Part shown: positions 1 through 13,335 of the stretch, piece by piece
Numbering within the stretch: position 1 is the stretch's first letter
Layout: every line of letters begins with the position of its first letter
NCBI GenBank assembly: GCA_030324005.1
Contig: JARDVH010000110.1
Span: 37,512,122 to 37,576,121 of the forward strand
Reading direction: 5' to 3'
DNA: 64,000 nt
Source: Negaprion brevirostris
Taxonomy: Eukaryota
The notes under the pieces: model-generated
Told to the model about the DNA's origin: nothing
Database searches by the model: none
What the model saw: only the letters and a program-made list of their open reading frames with translations
Program-made: the position numbers and the translations under genes

Positions 1-77
1 TGGCAGTTCATTATCCTTCAAAAACTGCTGCAGCAGTCCTGTCCTTTTGGCAGTTCGCACCCAGATTAAACGAGAAG
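1..77 (-). CDS. Possible downstream coding exon of the DNAJ gene (partial, runs off the window)
   Basis: Acceptor-like tcttgcatgtctgtctcactcag ends at 78. The phase-1 frame is open to the edge: (A)SRLIWVRTAKRTGLLQQFLKDNELP. Resemblance to family exon 2 is weak. Confidence 0.25.
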
Positions 78-1219
78 CTGAGTGAGACAGACATGCAAGA
101 CTCTACTTTGTGACGTTGTAAAATGTGGTGGAACTCTGGGGTGTACCGAAGGTTCGCTTCCTGGGAACTTCGTACAATATGGCTGTACCCATCACGACTA
201 CATTAGATACATGTTTGCACCTGGGGAGTTTGCTTCTCTCAAGTCGCAATATTTTACCATCTGGCATTCAGATAAGAGAGTCATTTAGATTTCAAGGCAA
301 TTATTGAAACACGCATGTTTTGCAACTAATCAATGGGTATTTTCTTGACTTTGGCATTCTGGCTAGAGGGGCGGGGGGGTGTTGAAAATGAAGATGAACA
401 CAATGTAAATCCATCATTGCTGATGACATCAAGTGGTATGGGGATAGTGTGGAAAAATAGCATTGAGGTAGATCATCAGCCATGATCTAATTGAATGGTG
501 AAGCAGGCTAAAAAGGCCGAATATTTTATTCTTGCATTTTTTTTCTTTTATCTCAATTAAGTTGCAACACATTTTATTTGCTAACAACTCAAAATCTTCA
601 TATTAAAAAGGTACAGTTTCCATTACATATAACAGATGCTACGTTCTATCAATGCAATTTGTCTGCTATACAAAAGTGAATAGCAAAACAATAATAGCTT
701 GAGGCAATGAAGCAAACCTGTAGTATTAAAAGTGCAAATTGCTGTTGAAGCATTAGGGAGTTTCAAACAGCTGTTAACACTTAACTTTGGGCGGCATTTG
801 CAAACTGGAGACTTCAGACAGTTTCAAACAATTGATTGCAGTTGCTTGAAGTCTCTGCTTAGATTGCCTTTCATTGTTGTAAGAGGACAAACAGCTGATT
901 GAAGCTACTTGATAATCCTGCACCTGAAATCATTAGAACTTTGAAAGTGGGTAAGACATAGAGCGAGAAATAGCCAGCACACTTAACACATTTTGAATGT
1001 TGCATCTCTAATTGACTCCTATGTCATGGTAAATGGTTGGAGTTATTTACTCAAGCAGTGCATGATCAGCAAAAATCATTAAATAGTGGGAAATGTATAA
1101 TTTTTTAATGGTTGATTATATTCACGTTAACAAATAAAATATACTAGTGGCATACAGAGAACCAAAAAAACTTTAGTCAAGGTACCTTATACTCAACAGA
1201 TGATGTATTGATGCATTCT

Positions 1220-2030
1220 ATTTGTACTCTAGTGTTGTGTCAGGGAGTGGGGATCGTGGTTGTGTCTACATTTGGTCAGGATGGTTCTTAATCTCAGTCT
1301 CCCTGATAGGAAGAGGCACATCTAGTTTAGATCTTATTGCCATTACAGATACAAGTTTGGGAAATAAATATTCCAGGGTACACCACATTTCAAGAAGAAA
1401 GTCAGAATGATAAAGGAAGAGGGGCAGTCCTGATGATAAAGAATGATACAAGGACATTAGTGAGAAAGAATCTTGAATCAGATGATTAGGAAATAGAATC
1501 AGTGGGTGGAGATGAGAAATAGCAAGAGTCAGAAAACAATTGTGGGAGCTGTTTATAGGCATTGTAACAATACTTGTACCATTGGGCTAAATATTAAACA
1601 AGAAATTAATGGAGCTTTTTTACAAAAACAATATAATTATTATGGATTACTTTAGTCTCCATACACCTCCATCCAGGCAAAGTGGTTTGAAAGATGGGCT
1701 TGTGAAATATTTTTATGAGTTTCTTAGGGCAATAAAACCAGGGAGAATCAACCAGGGAGCTATTACAGGTCCAATATTGTGCAACAAGACAGTGTTAATT
1801 GGCAACCTCATCTCAAAAAATCAATTGAGAAATAGTGATCAGAAGACAATTGAACACCATATTAAGTTTGGAAGAGATATATCCAATCCCAAGCAAAAAT
1901 CTTAAATTTGAAAAACAGAATTATGTAAGTATAAGGGCAGAGCTGGCTAAGATTCAGTAAACAAATGGTGGGAAACATTTAAAGAAATAATTTAAAGTAT
2001 TTAAAAATACATTTAAATAAAAATCGAGGA
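1220..2030 (+). mobile_element. Decayed CR1 LINE, endonuclease region
   Basis: LDLIAITDT-like motif and degenerate CR1 ORF2 N-terminal sequence with stops. Confidence 0.6.
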
Positions 2031-2595
2031 ACAAAGTGATTCTGTATCATATTAAATTCATTTTAAACACTTCACAGTAATTTCTGTAGGTCTGACAAGC
2101 ATATGTGGGGTGAGNNNNNNNNNNNNNNNNNNNNNNNNNNNNNNNNNNNNNNNNNNNNNNNNNNNNNNNNNNNNNNNNNNNNNNNNNNNNNNNNNNNNNN
2201 NNNNNNNNNNNNNNNNNNNNNNNNNNNNNNNNNNNNNNNNNNNNNNNNNNNNNNNNNNNNNNNNNNNNNNNNNNNNNNNNNNNNNNNNNNNNNNNNNNNN
2301 NNNNNNNNNNNNNNNNNNNNNNNNNNNNNNNNNNNNNNNNNNNNNNNNNNNNNNNNNNNNNNNNNNNNNNNNNNNNNNNNNNNNNNNNNNNNNNNNNNNN
2401 NNNNNNNNNNNNNNNNNNNNNNNNNNNNNNNNNNNNNNNNNNNNNNNNNNNNNNNNNNNNNNNNNNNNNNNNNNNNNNNNNNNNNNNNNNNNNNNNNNNN
2501 NNNNNNNNNNNNNNNNNNNNNNNNNNNNNNNNNNNNNNNNNNNNNNNNNNNNNNNNNNNNNNNNNNNNNNNNNNNNNNNNNNNNNNNNNNNNNNN

Positions 2596-3730
2596 TACCT
2601 CGCTAAATATATTTAAGACACAGGTAGATAGGTTTTTGGTAGGCAAGGGAATTAAGGGTTATGGGGAGAAAGTGGGAAAGTGGAACTGAGTTACTTCAGA
2701 TTAGCCATGATCTTATTGAATGGCAGGGCAGGCTCGAAGGGCTAGATGGCCTGCTCCTGCTCCTATTTCTTATGTTCTTATGCTGGTGTTCCCATGCATC
2801 TACTACCTTATCCTTTTAGATGTTAGATGTCACAGGTTTAGAAGGCATTGTTGATGGAGCCTTGGTGAGTTGCTGCAGGGCATCTTCTATACAGTACACA
2901 CCGCTGTAACTGTGTCAGCAGTCAAGAGAATGAATGTTTAAATTGGTGAATGGGTGTGAATCAGACTACTTTGTCCTTAATTACATTGAGATTCTTGGGT
3001 GTTGTTGGAGCCACACTCTTCCAGGTAAGTATTTTATCATATTCCTGACTTGTATTTCACAATGGTGGGCAGGCTTTGGCAAGTCAAGAACTGAACTACC
3101 ACAGAATTCCCAGCCTCTGATCTGCTTTTGTAGCCACAGTATTTATGACTGGTCCAACGGTAACCACCAGGATGTTCATGACTGGGGATTCAGAGATGGT
3201 AATGACACCGTATTCCTTGGAGTTTAGAAGAGAGGAGACCTTGTTCAAACATGCAAGATCCTGAGGGAATTTGACATAGTAAATGGCAAGACATTTTCAC
3301 TAATGGGAGAGACCAAGGGGACATAGCTACAAGATAAACAGTCAGCCATTTACAATTGAGGCACATCAAAATTTCTTCTTAAAGAGTGGTGAATCTCTGG
3401 AATATCTGCCCCAAAGGGTGGCAGAGGCTGGATCATTGGAAGTATCCAAAGTACAGGTGGATAAATATTGGAAAGATCAAGTGTTAGAGGGATATAAGGA
3501 AATGACACATAAAAGGGATTGAGGTTGGCACAGATCATCCATGATCATACTGAATGGTAGGGGACGCTTGGAGGGACTGGTGGCCTATCCGTGCTTCTAT
3601 TTCTTGTGTTCTTGTCAATGTGAAGGGGAGATGGTTAGATAATCTCCTGTTGGGGATGGCCTTGCCTGGCACTTGCATGCAAATGGTATTTACCATCATC
3701 TCCAAGCCTGAATGCTGTCCAAGTATCCTG
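2596..3730. mobile_element. Nested LINE fragments: CR1 3' ends (2596-2782 and 3205-3612, +) with a second LINE family (-)
   Basis: CR1 tails ending cagccatgatc...gaatgg...cctatttcttatgttct, interleaved with sequence homologous to the LINE at 44140-45430. Confidence 0.65.
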
Positions 3731-3929
3731 CAAATGCGGGGAGGTTTCAGAAAAAAAGTATTTATCCATGGGGCTATTTCTCCCAAATATCAGCCATCCC
3801 CATGTTTCTCACTGCTGTCATCAATTTAACACAGTGGATGCACATTTACAAATGCCGCACTAACAGGAGTCGCTCTCTTGCATGCAGTGAATTCTGTCTC
3901 TCAGCAGGGCCTGAGCTGAAGCCAGGACA

Positions 3930-4470
3930 CCTCCCGTCCAGTCCAGCCCCAGGGAAGCTGTTATTACCTTTCGCTCGCTGTGTCGGGTAGCTCTGCTGCG
4001 CCCAGTACAGGTACTGCAGGGCCTCCTCCCGGTCACCACACTTTAAGCACCTCTGTGCGGCTTCGATGTAGCGCTCCGCCTCCTGCAGCCCTGCCTCCAT
4101 GGCCTCAGGCTGCAACCCTACCCGCTGTTTACTCGGTAACTGAGCAGAACCCTTCGCCGCCCCACCCCCACGACTACCACCCGCCTCTCTCCGTCTCGCG
4201 GGGCCACGCGTCAGCCGCCCAATCAGCACGGAGGAATAAGCACATGCGCGTCACCACAACAACAACGACGACAGCCACCAGCAGTGGTGGCGGCCATCTT
4301 TGTTGGGGGCGGCTATCATTGTTGGCAGCGGCCATCTTTGTGGGGGGCGAACCTTTCATAGCGACGTGCCGGAGGGAAACACATGGCAACAGGCCGCGGG
4401 TCAGCAGCTGTCAGGAAGGGGGTGATAGACGGTCTTTGTGGTCGACAGGACGCATGATCCGCAAAAGCCA
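3930..4470. promoter_or_regulatory. CpG-island promoter of the DNAJ gene
   Basis: Sharp GC/CpG enrichment against an AT-rich background. CCAAT at 4219-4223, NRF1-like GCACATGCGC at 4240-4249, YY1-type GCGGCCATCTTT at about 4290 and 4328, and GC boxes. Confidence 0.8.
3968..4100 (-). CDS. DNAJC18: First coding exon of a DNAJB12/DNAJB14/DNAJC18-family ER-membrane J-domain co-chaperone (most like DNAJC18); gene continues left beyond the window
   Basis: ATG at 4100 in strong context (GAGGCC ATG G). The 133 nt encode MEAGLQEAERYIEAAQRCLKCGDREEALQYLYWAQQSYPTQRAK, which aligns by eye with the DNAJB14/B12 N-terminus ([44 protein letters not shown]). It ends at a phase-1 donor AAG|gtaata and lies in a CpG island. 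The family call is strong; the paralogue call is inference. Confidence 0.8.
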
Positions 4471-4539
4471 GGTGATTGTTGCTTTTACCACCAATACTTT
4501 TCACTGTATTTCAATACATGTTACAATAATAAATCAGTT

Positions 4540-7500
4540 CAATTCAATGTAGAGCTGAAAGTTGGACGAGCAACTTGACTGGTGTGCTCAATGGAAATAG
4601 ATTTAAGTGTTGCCAGTATGTATACATGAATCCTCCCCTCTTTGAACAAGTCTCTCATGCCAGGCATAAATCTAGTGAATCTTCGCTGGCCTGCCTCCGA
4701 TTCAAGTATATATCCTTCTTTAAATATGTAGACCAGTATTCCACTCTTCTTGCAATAACATCCAACATCCATGTCATTTACCTTTTTAATTGCTTGCTGC
4801 ACCTGCATGCTAACTTGCTCTTGTGCAAGTTTTCCGTAAGCCTCACTGAATATGAACAATTGCTAGTTTCAATCAACTTTAAAATATTTTCTAATCTTAT
4901 AACAAGAGTGAATAACCATACATTTCCACACATTGTACTCTATCTGCACCTTGCTGCCCACACAATATCTCTCTATTGCCTCTTCTTTCAGCTTGCATTC
5001 CCACTTTATATAATCAGTAAACCTATATACCTTACTTTCTGCCTCTTCATCTAAGTAAGTCTAAATACAGCCTGTAAGTAGCTGTAGCCCCAGAATTAAT
5101 TGATCCACTCAACTAGTCACAGCCTACTGACTTGAAAATGTCACATTTATGCCTACTCTTTGCTTCCTGTCCATTAACCAATTCTCCTTCCATGCCAATA
5201 TATTACTCCCAACTCCGTGAGCCCTAACTTGACATATTCACCTTTGGTGTGGTACCTTGTCATAGAATTATTATGACGCAGATGGCGGCCATATGAACAT
5301 CATGACTTAGTTCAGTCCCCTGCTTTTTCTCCATATTATTGCATGTTGTTTCTATTCAAATAATCATAATATGCCTTCCTGAAGCCTCGATTGTACCTGC
5401 CTCCAACACACTTCCAAACAGTACATTCCAGAGCTGAATCACTTGTTGTGTGAAAAAGTTTTTTCTCACAGCACATTTGTTTTTGCAGATCAGGTTAAAT
5501 TTGTACCTTCATTCNNNNNNCCAGCCCCCTCATGATTTTGAATATCTCTATGAAATCTTCTCTTAACTTTCTTCTCTCCAAGGAGAACAATCCCAACCTC
5601 TTCAATCTATCCTCATATCTGAAGTTATTGATCCCTGGAACCACTTTTGTAAATCTGCATTCTCTCTACTCTCTCCAATGCATTCATATCCTTTCTGAAG
5701 TGTGGCACACAGAACTGTACATAATATTGCAGCTGAGGTCTGACTATGTCCTTGTATAACTTCAGCATAACTTCCTTGCTCTTGTACTCTATGGGTGAAT
5801 TGATAATGCCCAGAACACTATATGTTTTACTAACTGCTGTCCCCACCTATTCTGCCACCTTCAATGATCTATGTGCATATACATCCAGATCCATTTGCTC
5901 CAGTACCCTTTAAGAATTTTACCCCTTTGTACTGTCTCTCCATATTCTTCTTGATAAAATGAATCACCTCATACTTCTCTGCATTGAACTTCATCTGCCA
6001 CTTGTCAGTAGCTTTGGGTGCATCTCATTGAGTCCTAGTACAGTATCAATTTTAAGATAACCTTTCTAACATCGCCTCCTTCTCACTTGTAAATTCCTCG
6101 AGTGTACCAGTTGCTTCCTCCTCTCTCACTTTGGCCTGGATAGCAGTCTTTTCCTCTTTTCCAAACCATCAATATGTCAATGTCCCTTGAAATTCAAGAC
6201 TTTCCTCTTCACCATTGACAATTGGCATGATTTTCCAGCTGCTTGCTCCAAGAGTGGAAATTTCTGTCTGAGGTCAACGGATCTTTAAATGGTCTGTCAA
6301 ATTTTCTGTCCTGTCTGCTACGGTTCCCACACTATGTAGGATGAGAAAATTCTACCCAATGCTTCCAATCTTAGTGTCATCTGCACATTTTAAAATCATG
6401 TCCTGCACACCACTGTCTAGGTCATTAATATAGATCAGGAAGAACAACACTAATCCCTGGAGAACTCCACTCCAAACCTTCCTCCAATCTGAAAAATAAC
6501 TATTTATCACTACTTTCTGTTTCCTATTACTCAGTCAATTTCTTATCCAAGTTCCTCCTTTCCCTTTTATTCCACAAGCTAGAATTTTTCTCAGAAGTCT
6601 GATATGTGGTGCTGTATCAAGTGGCCTTTTGAAAATCCATATACACCGCATTGCCCTTATCAACCTTCTCTGTAACGCCTCCAAAAACTCCAGCAAGTGA
6701 GTTAAAACTGTTTTTTTCCTTAATGAATCAATTCTGGCTTTCTTTAATTACCCTGCACCCGTCTAAGTGACTATTGATTTCATCCCAAACTATATTTTCC
6801 GGAAGGTTCCTTACCAGTGAAGTCAAACCAACTGCACTGTAGTTGCCAACATTATCCTTGCACTCCTTTTTGAACAGGGGTGTAAATATTCACAACTCTC
6901 CAGTCCTCTACCTTCAACAAAGACTCAAAGAGTTTTTTAAAATTCATTCATAGGATGCAGGCATTGCTGGCTGGGCCAGCACTTATTGCCTATCCCGAAT
7001 TTCCTCTTGAACTCAGTGGCTCAGAGGGCAGTTAAGAGTCCGTCACATTACTGTGGATCTGGAGTCACATGTAGGCCAGACCAGGTAGGTATCTCAGATT
7101 TCTTTCCTTAAAGATGGGTTTGTACAACAATCAACAATAGTTTCAAGGTTTTTGACTTTTAATTCTAGATTTTTATTGAATTCAGATTTCACCATCTGCT
7201 GTGGTGGGCTTTGAACCCAGTGCCCCAGAGCATTCATTACCTGAGACTCTGGATTGCTAGTCCTAGAGGCAGCCTCCCACTGCCTCTAAAATTTCCATTC
7301 TCAGCTCCCTCAGTAGCTTTGGATGCATTTCATCCAGTCCTAGTACAGTATCAATTTTAAGATAACCTTTCTAGCATTGCCTCCTTCTCACTTGTAAATT
7401 CCTCGCGTGTACCAGTTCCTTCCTCCTCTCTCACTTTGGCCTGGATAGCATTCTTTTCCTCTGTAAAAGCAGATGCAAAGTACTCATTTAATGCTTCTTC

Positions 7501-8390
7501 TATTTCTACTGCCTCCATACTTAAGTGTCCTTTTTTATCCTGAATTGACTCTCTTTTACTACCCTTCTATTATTTAGAAGGCCTTGGAATTCTCTTTTAT
7601 GTTAGCTGCTAGTTTCTTTTTATGCTCCCTTCTTGCTTTTCTGATTATTGTTTGACTTCCTCTGGTCCCTTTATTTTCAGCCTGATTCTCCATTTTATTT
7701 TCTATCTGACATCTGTCATAAGTGTACTTCTTCCTTTTCACCTCTCTCTCTCTCTCTCTCTTCGTCCGGGGTGTTCTAAATTTATTTGCCCTACCTTCCC
7801 CTTTCAAAGAAATATACCTTGACATTGCCTGCAGTACTGTAAGTGGAATATTCCAGCCCGCCCCTTAGCTGGTTTTCTGGTGTTGGAGGCGGCTTGCTAC
7901 GGGCAGGATCTTCCGGTCCCAGTAAAATCAAAGGCAATTTTCATTCCTTATCCTATCAGGGCACACATGCCAAGGGTTGACTTTGGCAGGGCTGGAAGAT
8001 CCCGCTGGTGAGAAAAGCTGGTGAATTGCACCATGTCTGCCCTGACTACTGCAGCACTTCCATTCTTCCTCGTCCCTTTCTGTGCAGCCATGCCAGCCTT
8101 GGTGCCATGAACTTGACCCTTGCTACCCTCTGAGGAACCATCTTGCTCAGTAGTCACCAAAATACAAAAGGATTAGAGAGCAAGATAGGCATGGGGGATT
8201 CCCGCACTGTCTGTTTCTCTTAGATACTCTGGCAGTCACACATGCCCTTTCTGACCGTGTGCCTCTTAGCTGTGGGGTGACCACCCCTCTGAACATGCTA
8301 TCCCCATAATTGTCAGCCTTGTGCCACAACCCAGAGTTGAAGTTACTGCAGCTGATGACACTTCTTGCAGATGTAGTCATCGAGGGCACT
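4540..8390 (-). mobile_element. Cluster of decayed CR1 LINEs (ORF2 RT and C-terminal region, ORF1 relic at about 8020-8390)
   Basis: Minus-strand translations KEVMLKLYKDIVRPQLQYYVQFCVPHFRKDMNALERV and IRKARREHKKKLAANIKENSKAF are CR1 ORF2 motifs. Confidence 0.8.
6935..7290 (-). mobile_element. tRNA-derived SINE inserted into CR1
   Basis: B-box-like gggttcaaagcccacc on the minus strand. Its 3' tail is shared with the LINE ending near 45430. Confidence 0.6.
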
Positions 8391-9639
8391 TGATGAGAGT
8401 TAGCAGGATTGAAGGAGAGGCAGAAATGTTGAATAAATAATTATAAGTGGTTAAGTTAGTTAGGAAGGTAATTAAGATTCTTTCTATCTTGAATCCTGGA
8501 TATCCAGGCAGGAAGCCTATTTTCCACATGTCAACATTTCACCAGGGTCACAAATTTGAGTGTAGAATGTGAAGTGTTTCTTCAGTGAAATTGACAGGCT
8601 GTGGAAAGCTTTTAAGTTACATTAAAGAGCTCCAGCTATGGCAATTGAAAGACTGCTGAGTACTTTCACTTCTTCACAAGTGATTGCCAACCTCTCTGAA
8701 GGCACTTCACCTGGCTGGAACTTCACTCATCTGCAGTGGACAACGGAACAACTTCTGCGAAGGACAAGAGGAGAGGACGCACCACTGTGACACACCAAAT
8801 GAACTCTCAACTCACCTAAACATGCAAATGTTAGATCCAGCCTATTTACTTCTAACTCAAAACCACCATAATATCTTGTCACAAACCAAACACCTTTATC
8901 CTCTCATGTCTTAAAATTCCCAGACAACCTGTCTCTAGTAACCTTTCTCAATTAAATAATTTATATGGACACAAAGACACATAGCTTTTTTGCTGAATAA
9001 CACAACATTTCCCTAAAATACTTTTTTAAAATAATATCCATTCCCACAGCAGCACCAGCTAACTTCACCTCAACCACATGACCCTCCACAGAGCAGAAGG
9101 GATAGACACCAAGATCCAACTAGGAGCCAACAGTCCTGCATAAGGTCTACAAGCTAAGCTGTCTACACATGTCTGATGCTAGTGCCTCAGAAGGCTCTCT
9201 TGGCAAATTGCTGCGGTCTCCTGGAATAAGATCTTTATTCCAAGTGAAGTAGGCTAGCACATATTGCCAGTGGCCAACAAGAGACTGGTCACTGATGGAT
9301 CATTCCCAGCCCCCTTTCCACCCCACCTTTCCTTGCCCCTGTGAGTCTGCCTTTCACCAAGTTTTATACCCTCTTTTGCATGGAGATAAAGCAGAGATGT
9401 AAATAGCTGCCGTAGAAAGAAGGAAGGACCATTTGTGTGCAGCACGGGTACGAGTGAGCAATCGGTTGAGTGAGTGGGAGTATTGGTTGTTCAAATTGGA
9501 ATGCAAGGTGCCTACAAAGAAGAAAATCAGTGGGGCTGCAAGGTGCATGGACCTGAGTTGTGCCTTGCAGACGAATGCTGGGAAGGTCAGAGTGTGGAGA
9601 TTGGCATCTCCTAATTTGCCCTCCAAAACTCCAAGATCC

Positions 9640-9850
9640 TGTTGCTGCTGCATAGTTGGAGGCAGCACACACTTTCTGCTGACTTCCTCAATCACTTCAA
9701 TCCACGCCATTTTGGTTGGAGGGATTGTCTTCATCCTCCTGCCCTTGGGAAATATCATCCCATCACAGCACTTGAGACCTCAGAGCCAGACTTTCAGGTA
9801 AGAGAAATATTCAGGGAACAGCCTTCCCAGACTTCCCCTTCATCCCTGTG
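9640..9850 (-). mobile_element. Harbinger/PIF-type Myb/SANT-like ORF relic
   Basis: MIFPKGRRMKTIPPTKMAWIEVIEEVSRKCVLPPTMQQ resembles the NAIF1-type Myb/SANT domain of Harbinger ORF2; disrupted. Confidence 0.55.
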
Positions 9851-11135
9851 GTTGCTGCGGCCTCAAAAATCCAAGGATTTGTGAATCCTATTGTGTCCCA
9901 CTCATTTTCCCTGATTGGTCAGGAAGTCTGGAAAAGTGGAATAACAATAAGTTTGCTCTGGTAAAAAGCTAGGTCAGATTCCAGACTCAAATATGTTCTT
10001 CCAGCAGGGACTAAGGGAAGTCTCTTGAAATGACTCTTATTTGTTCCTAGAAAGGCCTTGTGACATTAAATTCAAGAACAATGTTGACCTTCCTTGCTAC
10101 TGGTGATAAGTAGCTGATATGTTGCAGCTGATCTGCTGACTTCTTGTACCTACCCATATACCATCTTTAGTGTCTGTCCATCATCTGGTCCTGTTTCATT
10201 ACAATATATCCACCAATGGCCACTTTGTCCAGGTCCTCTGATATATAAAAGAATACTGTAGTTTATTTGTTTGTGTCACTTTTGTATTTTTCTGGCCTGT
10301 TAAATTCATTAACACCAGTTCTGGCCATGTACAAGGTTCTCAGTTTTTAGTTTGACCCTGCCACTGGAATACAGGATGGCTCCTTACGGATGCCCTTAAA
10401 AGGCATTCCTTTTACTTAATTACCACAGATATTTGTTAAAACAACATCCGGGAGCAAGAAATGTCAGAACTCATTAAACAAAACTTTTTTTTACAACATT
10501 ATCTCACGTTTTAGTTGTTTAAATCTCATAATAAATCAACAAAATGAAATGTGGCTCACGAGGTTCTGAAAATATGGCAAGTATTTCTGTAGTACTAAGA
10601 TTTACCTTTAGAAGGTGCTAAAGCATAGTTTTTATTGCAAAGCCACTCACAATAGTACCAAAGAGGAAACCAAATAGAACATTTCAGGACAAAGCCATGA
10701 AAGTAAAGGTGAAAAATGATGTAATGTTCCAATGTTTGCATGCACAGTACTATTAAAACATGATCAAATTATTTTAACAATATGAACTATGATCTAATGT
10801 ATGGTGATCTGTTTCCCCCATCCTTACCACCAGTGTTGCATCTTTATGTTAGGATTAACCTGATTGCATTTGAAAAGATAGCTGTTTGACTTAGTGTGGG
10901 CACAATGGTTTTTCTTTTTATCATGCAGCATTGCTGAAGCCTGCGTTGAGGGAAATATGCAACAGTGCAAGAGTGCATAATGCTCCTATGTTATTTTTGT
11001 TTCTTCTGTATATTTTTTCCTTGTCTGTATTCTGCTGTTGAAGTGGATATGAGCAAGTATGTAACTAATGAGCTGGGGTGACACCCCTCTGTGCCCTGTA
11101 CTCTGCTGCCCATAGAATTTCTGCTTCCAGTGAGA

Positions 11136-11342
11136 ACTGCCATAGAATAGAACAGAATCAATAGAATACAGTGCAGAAGAAGGCCATTTAGCTCATTGAG
11201 CCTGCACCGACAACAGTCCCACCCCAGCCCTATCCCTATAACCCCACATATTTATCCCACTAATCCCTCTAACCTATGCATCCCAGGACACTGAGGCAAT
11301 TTAGCATGGCCAATCAACCTAACCTGCACAGTTTTGGACATC
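11136..11342 (-). mobile_element. HE1/V-SINE 3' part
   Basis: catagaa-type tail, tacagtgcagaagaaggccatt, and the central gcatggccaatcaacctaacctgcac domain. Confidence 0.8.
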
Positions 11343-12707
11343 TAACTCCACATCCTCCAGCAACTGTTCCAGATATATGACACTAGGGATCAATAGGTGC
11401 ATGGCCACAGCCATTATAGTCCACATCTTTCCATCTCAATCCAGTACAGTGGGTTAATGTCACAACCACATAACCATGGGAATGGATTTTGCAATCAATA
11501 ACAAGTGCGTGGTGTCATTCATTATACCCTAACTTGGCAACAGACTTTCTATAGGCCCTTGCACTGGAGCTAGCTGTGATTAGAAGACCACTTTTGCACA
11601 ATGCCTCTCTAGAAACTCTGAGCTCCATGTACACAGGGCAAGCAATTGTGTATCTGTTTAAACAATCAGATTGAAGATTGGCTACTTAATGGCAAGGCTG
11701 AACCAGCAGGTGTTAATTAAGAATATTTAATTCAATGCCCAATCATGTAAGCAAAGTGAAATAAAAAGAGGGGGAAAAATGATGGGGTTAAGAAAGAATA
11801 GTAAGATACAAAAAAAATTAATCCTTAATTATTTAATTTATTACCTTTGTTTAAGTCCTCAAATCTTAATAATAATAAAAATTTAAAGGAATTTTGAGTG
11901 ATGGAGAAGTTTGTGGCAGTAATTAAGTCTTTATTATGCTATTAAAAGTTGTTTTAGTTTGGAATGGGCAAGCCCAAAGTTTTTCTGGCATATTTAGTGA
12001 ATATATATTACATGAAAACAGCAACTTCATGCCATTCTGTTTATGTGAATGCCTAGTCTCTTGGCAAGGCACTGGTGTGGCAAAACCTATGGTACAGTAC
12101 AAGCAATTTGGGTAGCAACCTCCTGATTTTTTGCCTATGTTGTTACCAGACGTTACTGTTTGATTTACACTTCAATAAAGATGAGTGTTGATAGCTTTAT
12201 TGTTAATTTTACCATAAAATCAGGATCAACAAATTGTCACATTCCCAGTTCAGAGAAGCGCTAAGTGTATAGGAAATGCTGTGTAGATTGAAATGCTGTA
12301 CTGCTGATACTAATAATATAAATTTTAATAAACTATTATTGTCAACTCAAAGAGCAGACAGGACACATGACAATGCAATCAGAAGTTATATTTTGTAATC
12401 AGTGGCGTAAGACCACCATTACTGAAGTGTAAATCATTTAGCAACTTCCAGTAACAAATGCAAAAATCAGGAAGTTGCTATCTAAATTGCTTTGCTCTTC
12501 CAGAATTTTTACCACACTGGTGCCTCACCAAGGACCTTGGCGTTCACCTACATGGAATTGCATGAACATGCATTTTTACAACAACTATGATTTCTTTTGA
12601 AGTAAGTTTTCTATTAAAAAATGTCTTCTGCACAATACTTTATTTCAGTACAGCAATATATTACTATAAAATTAAAAAGGAAGGTTTTCTGAAAACACTG
12701 CATTGAA

Positions 12708-12825
12708 ACTGTGTACAGTCCTGGTCACCCTATTATTACTGTGTACAGTTCTGGTCACCCTATTATTACTGTGTACAGTTCTGGTCACCCTATTATTCTG
12801 TGAACAGTTCTGGTCACTCTATTAT
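12708..12825 (+). repeat. Tandem repeat, 30 bp x 4
   Basis: Unit actgtgtacagttctggtcaccctattatt starts at 12708, 12738, 12768 and 12798 (last copy diverged). It derives from the CR1 CVQFWSPYY segment. Confidence 0.92.
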
Positions 12826-13335
12826 AAAAAGGATATTATTANNNNNNNNNNNNNNNNNNNNNNNNNNNNNNNNNNNNNNNNNNNNNNNNNNNNNNNNNNN
12901 NNNNNNNNNNNNNNNNNNNNNNNNNNNNNNNNNNNNNNNNNNNNNNNNNNNNNNNNNNNNNNNNNNNNNNNNNNNNNNNNNNNNNNNNNNNNNNNNNNNN
13001 NNNNNNNNNNNNNNNNNNNNNNNNNNNNNNNNNNNNNNNNNNNNNNNNNNNNNNNNNNNNNNNNNNNNNNNNNNNNNNNNNNNNNNNNNNNNNNNNNNNN
13101 NNNNNNNNNNNNNNNNNNNNNNNNNNNNNNNNNNNNNNNNNNNNNNNNNNNNNNNNNNNNNNNNTACAATTTTGTCTTTTAAAAAGCATTTAGACAGTTA
13201 CATGGGTAAGATGGGTATAGAAGGATATGGGCCAAATGCGGGCAATTGGGATTAGCTTAGGGGCTTAAAAAAAAGTGACATGGACAAATTGGGCCGAAGG
13301 GCCTGGTTCCATGCTGTAAACCTCTATGACTCTAC
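12708..13335 (+). mobile_element. 5'-truncated CR1 LINE (interior is N)
   Basis: CVQFWSLYYKKDII before the gap; TILSFKKHLDSYMGKMGIEGYG and the CR1 tail after it. Confidence 0.8.

Noticed and set aside
4204-4223. CCACG and CCAAT as an ERSE
   Set aside because: The order is reversed relative to CCAAT-N9-CCACG, and it does not fit ERSE-II.
3980-4552. 190-aa plus-strand ORF
   Set aside because: It has a non-ATG start, is antisense to DNAJ exon 1, and is a low-complexity by-product of the CpG island.
4400-8000. Expected H2A.Z gene upstream of the DNAJ gene
   Set aside because: No histone-like exon was found; the region is filled by CR1 and SINE debris.
12708-12825. 30-bp repeats as a CRISPR array (likewise the 43-bp repeats at 37988)
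   Set aside because: There are no spacers, the context is eukaryotic, and the 30-bp unit derives from CR1.
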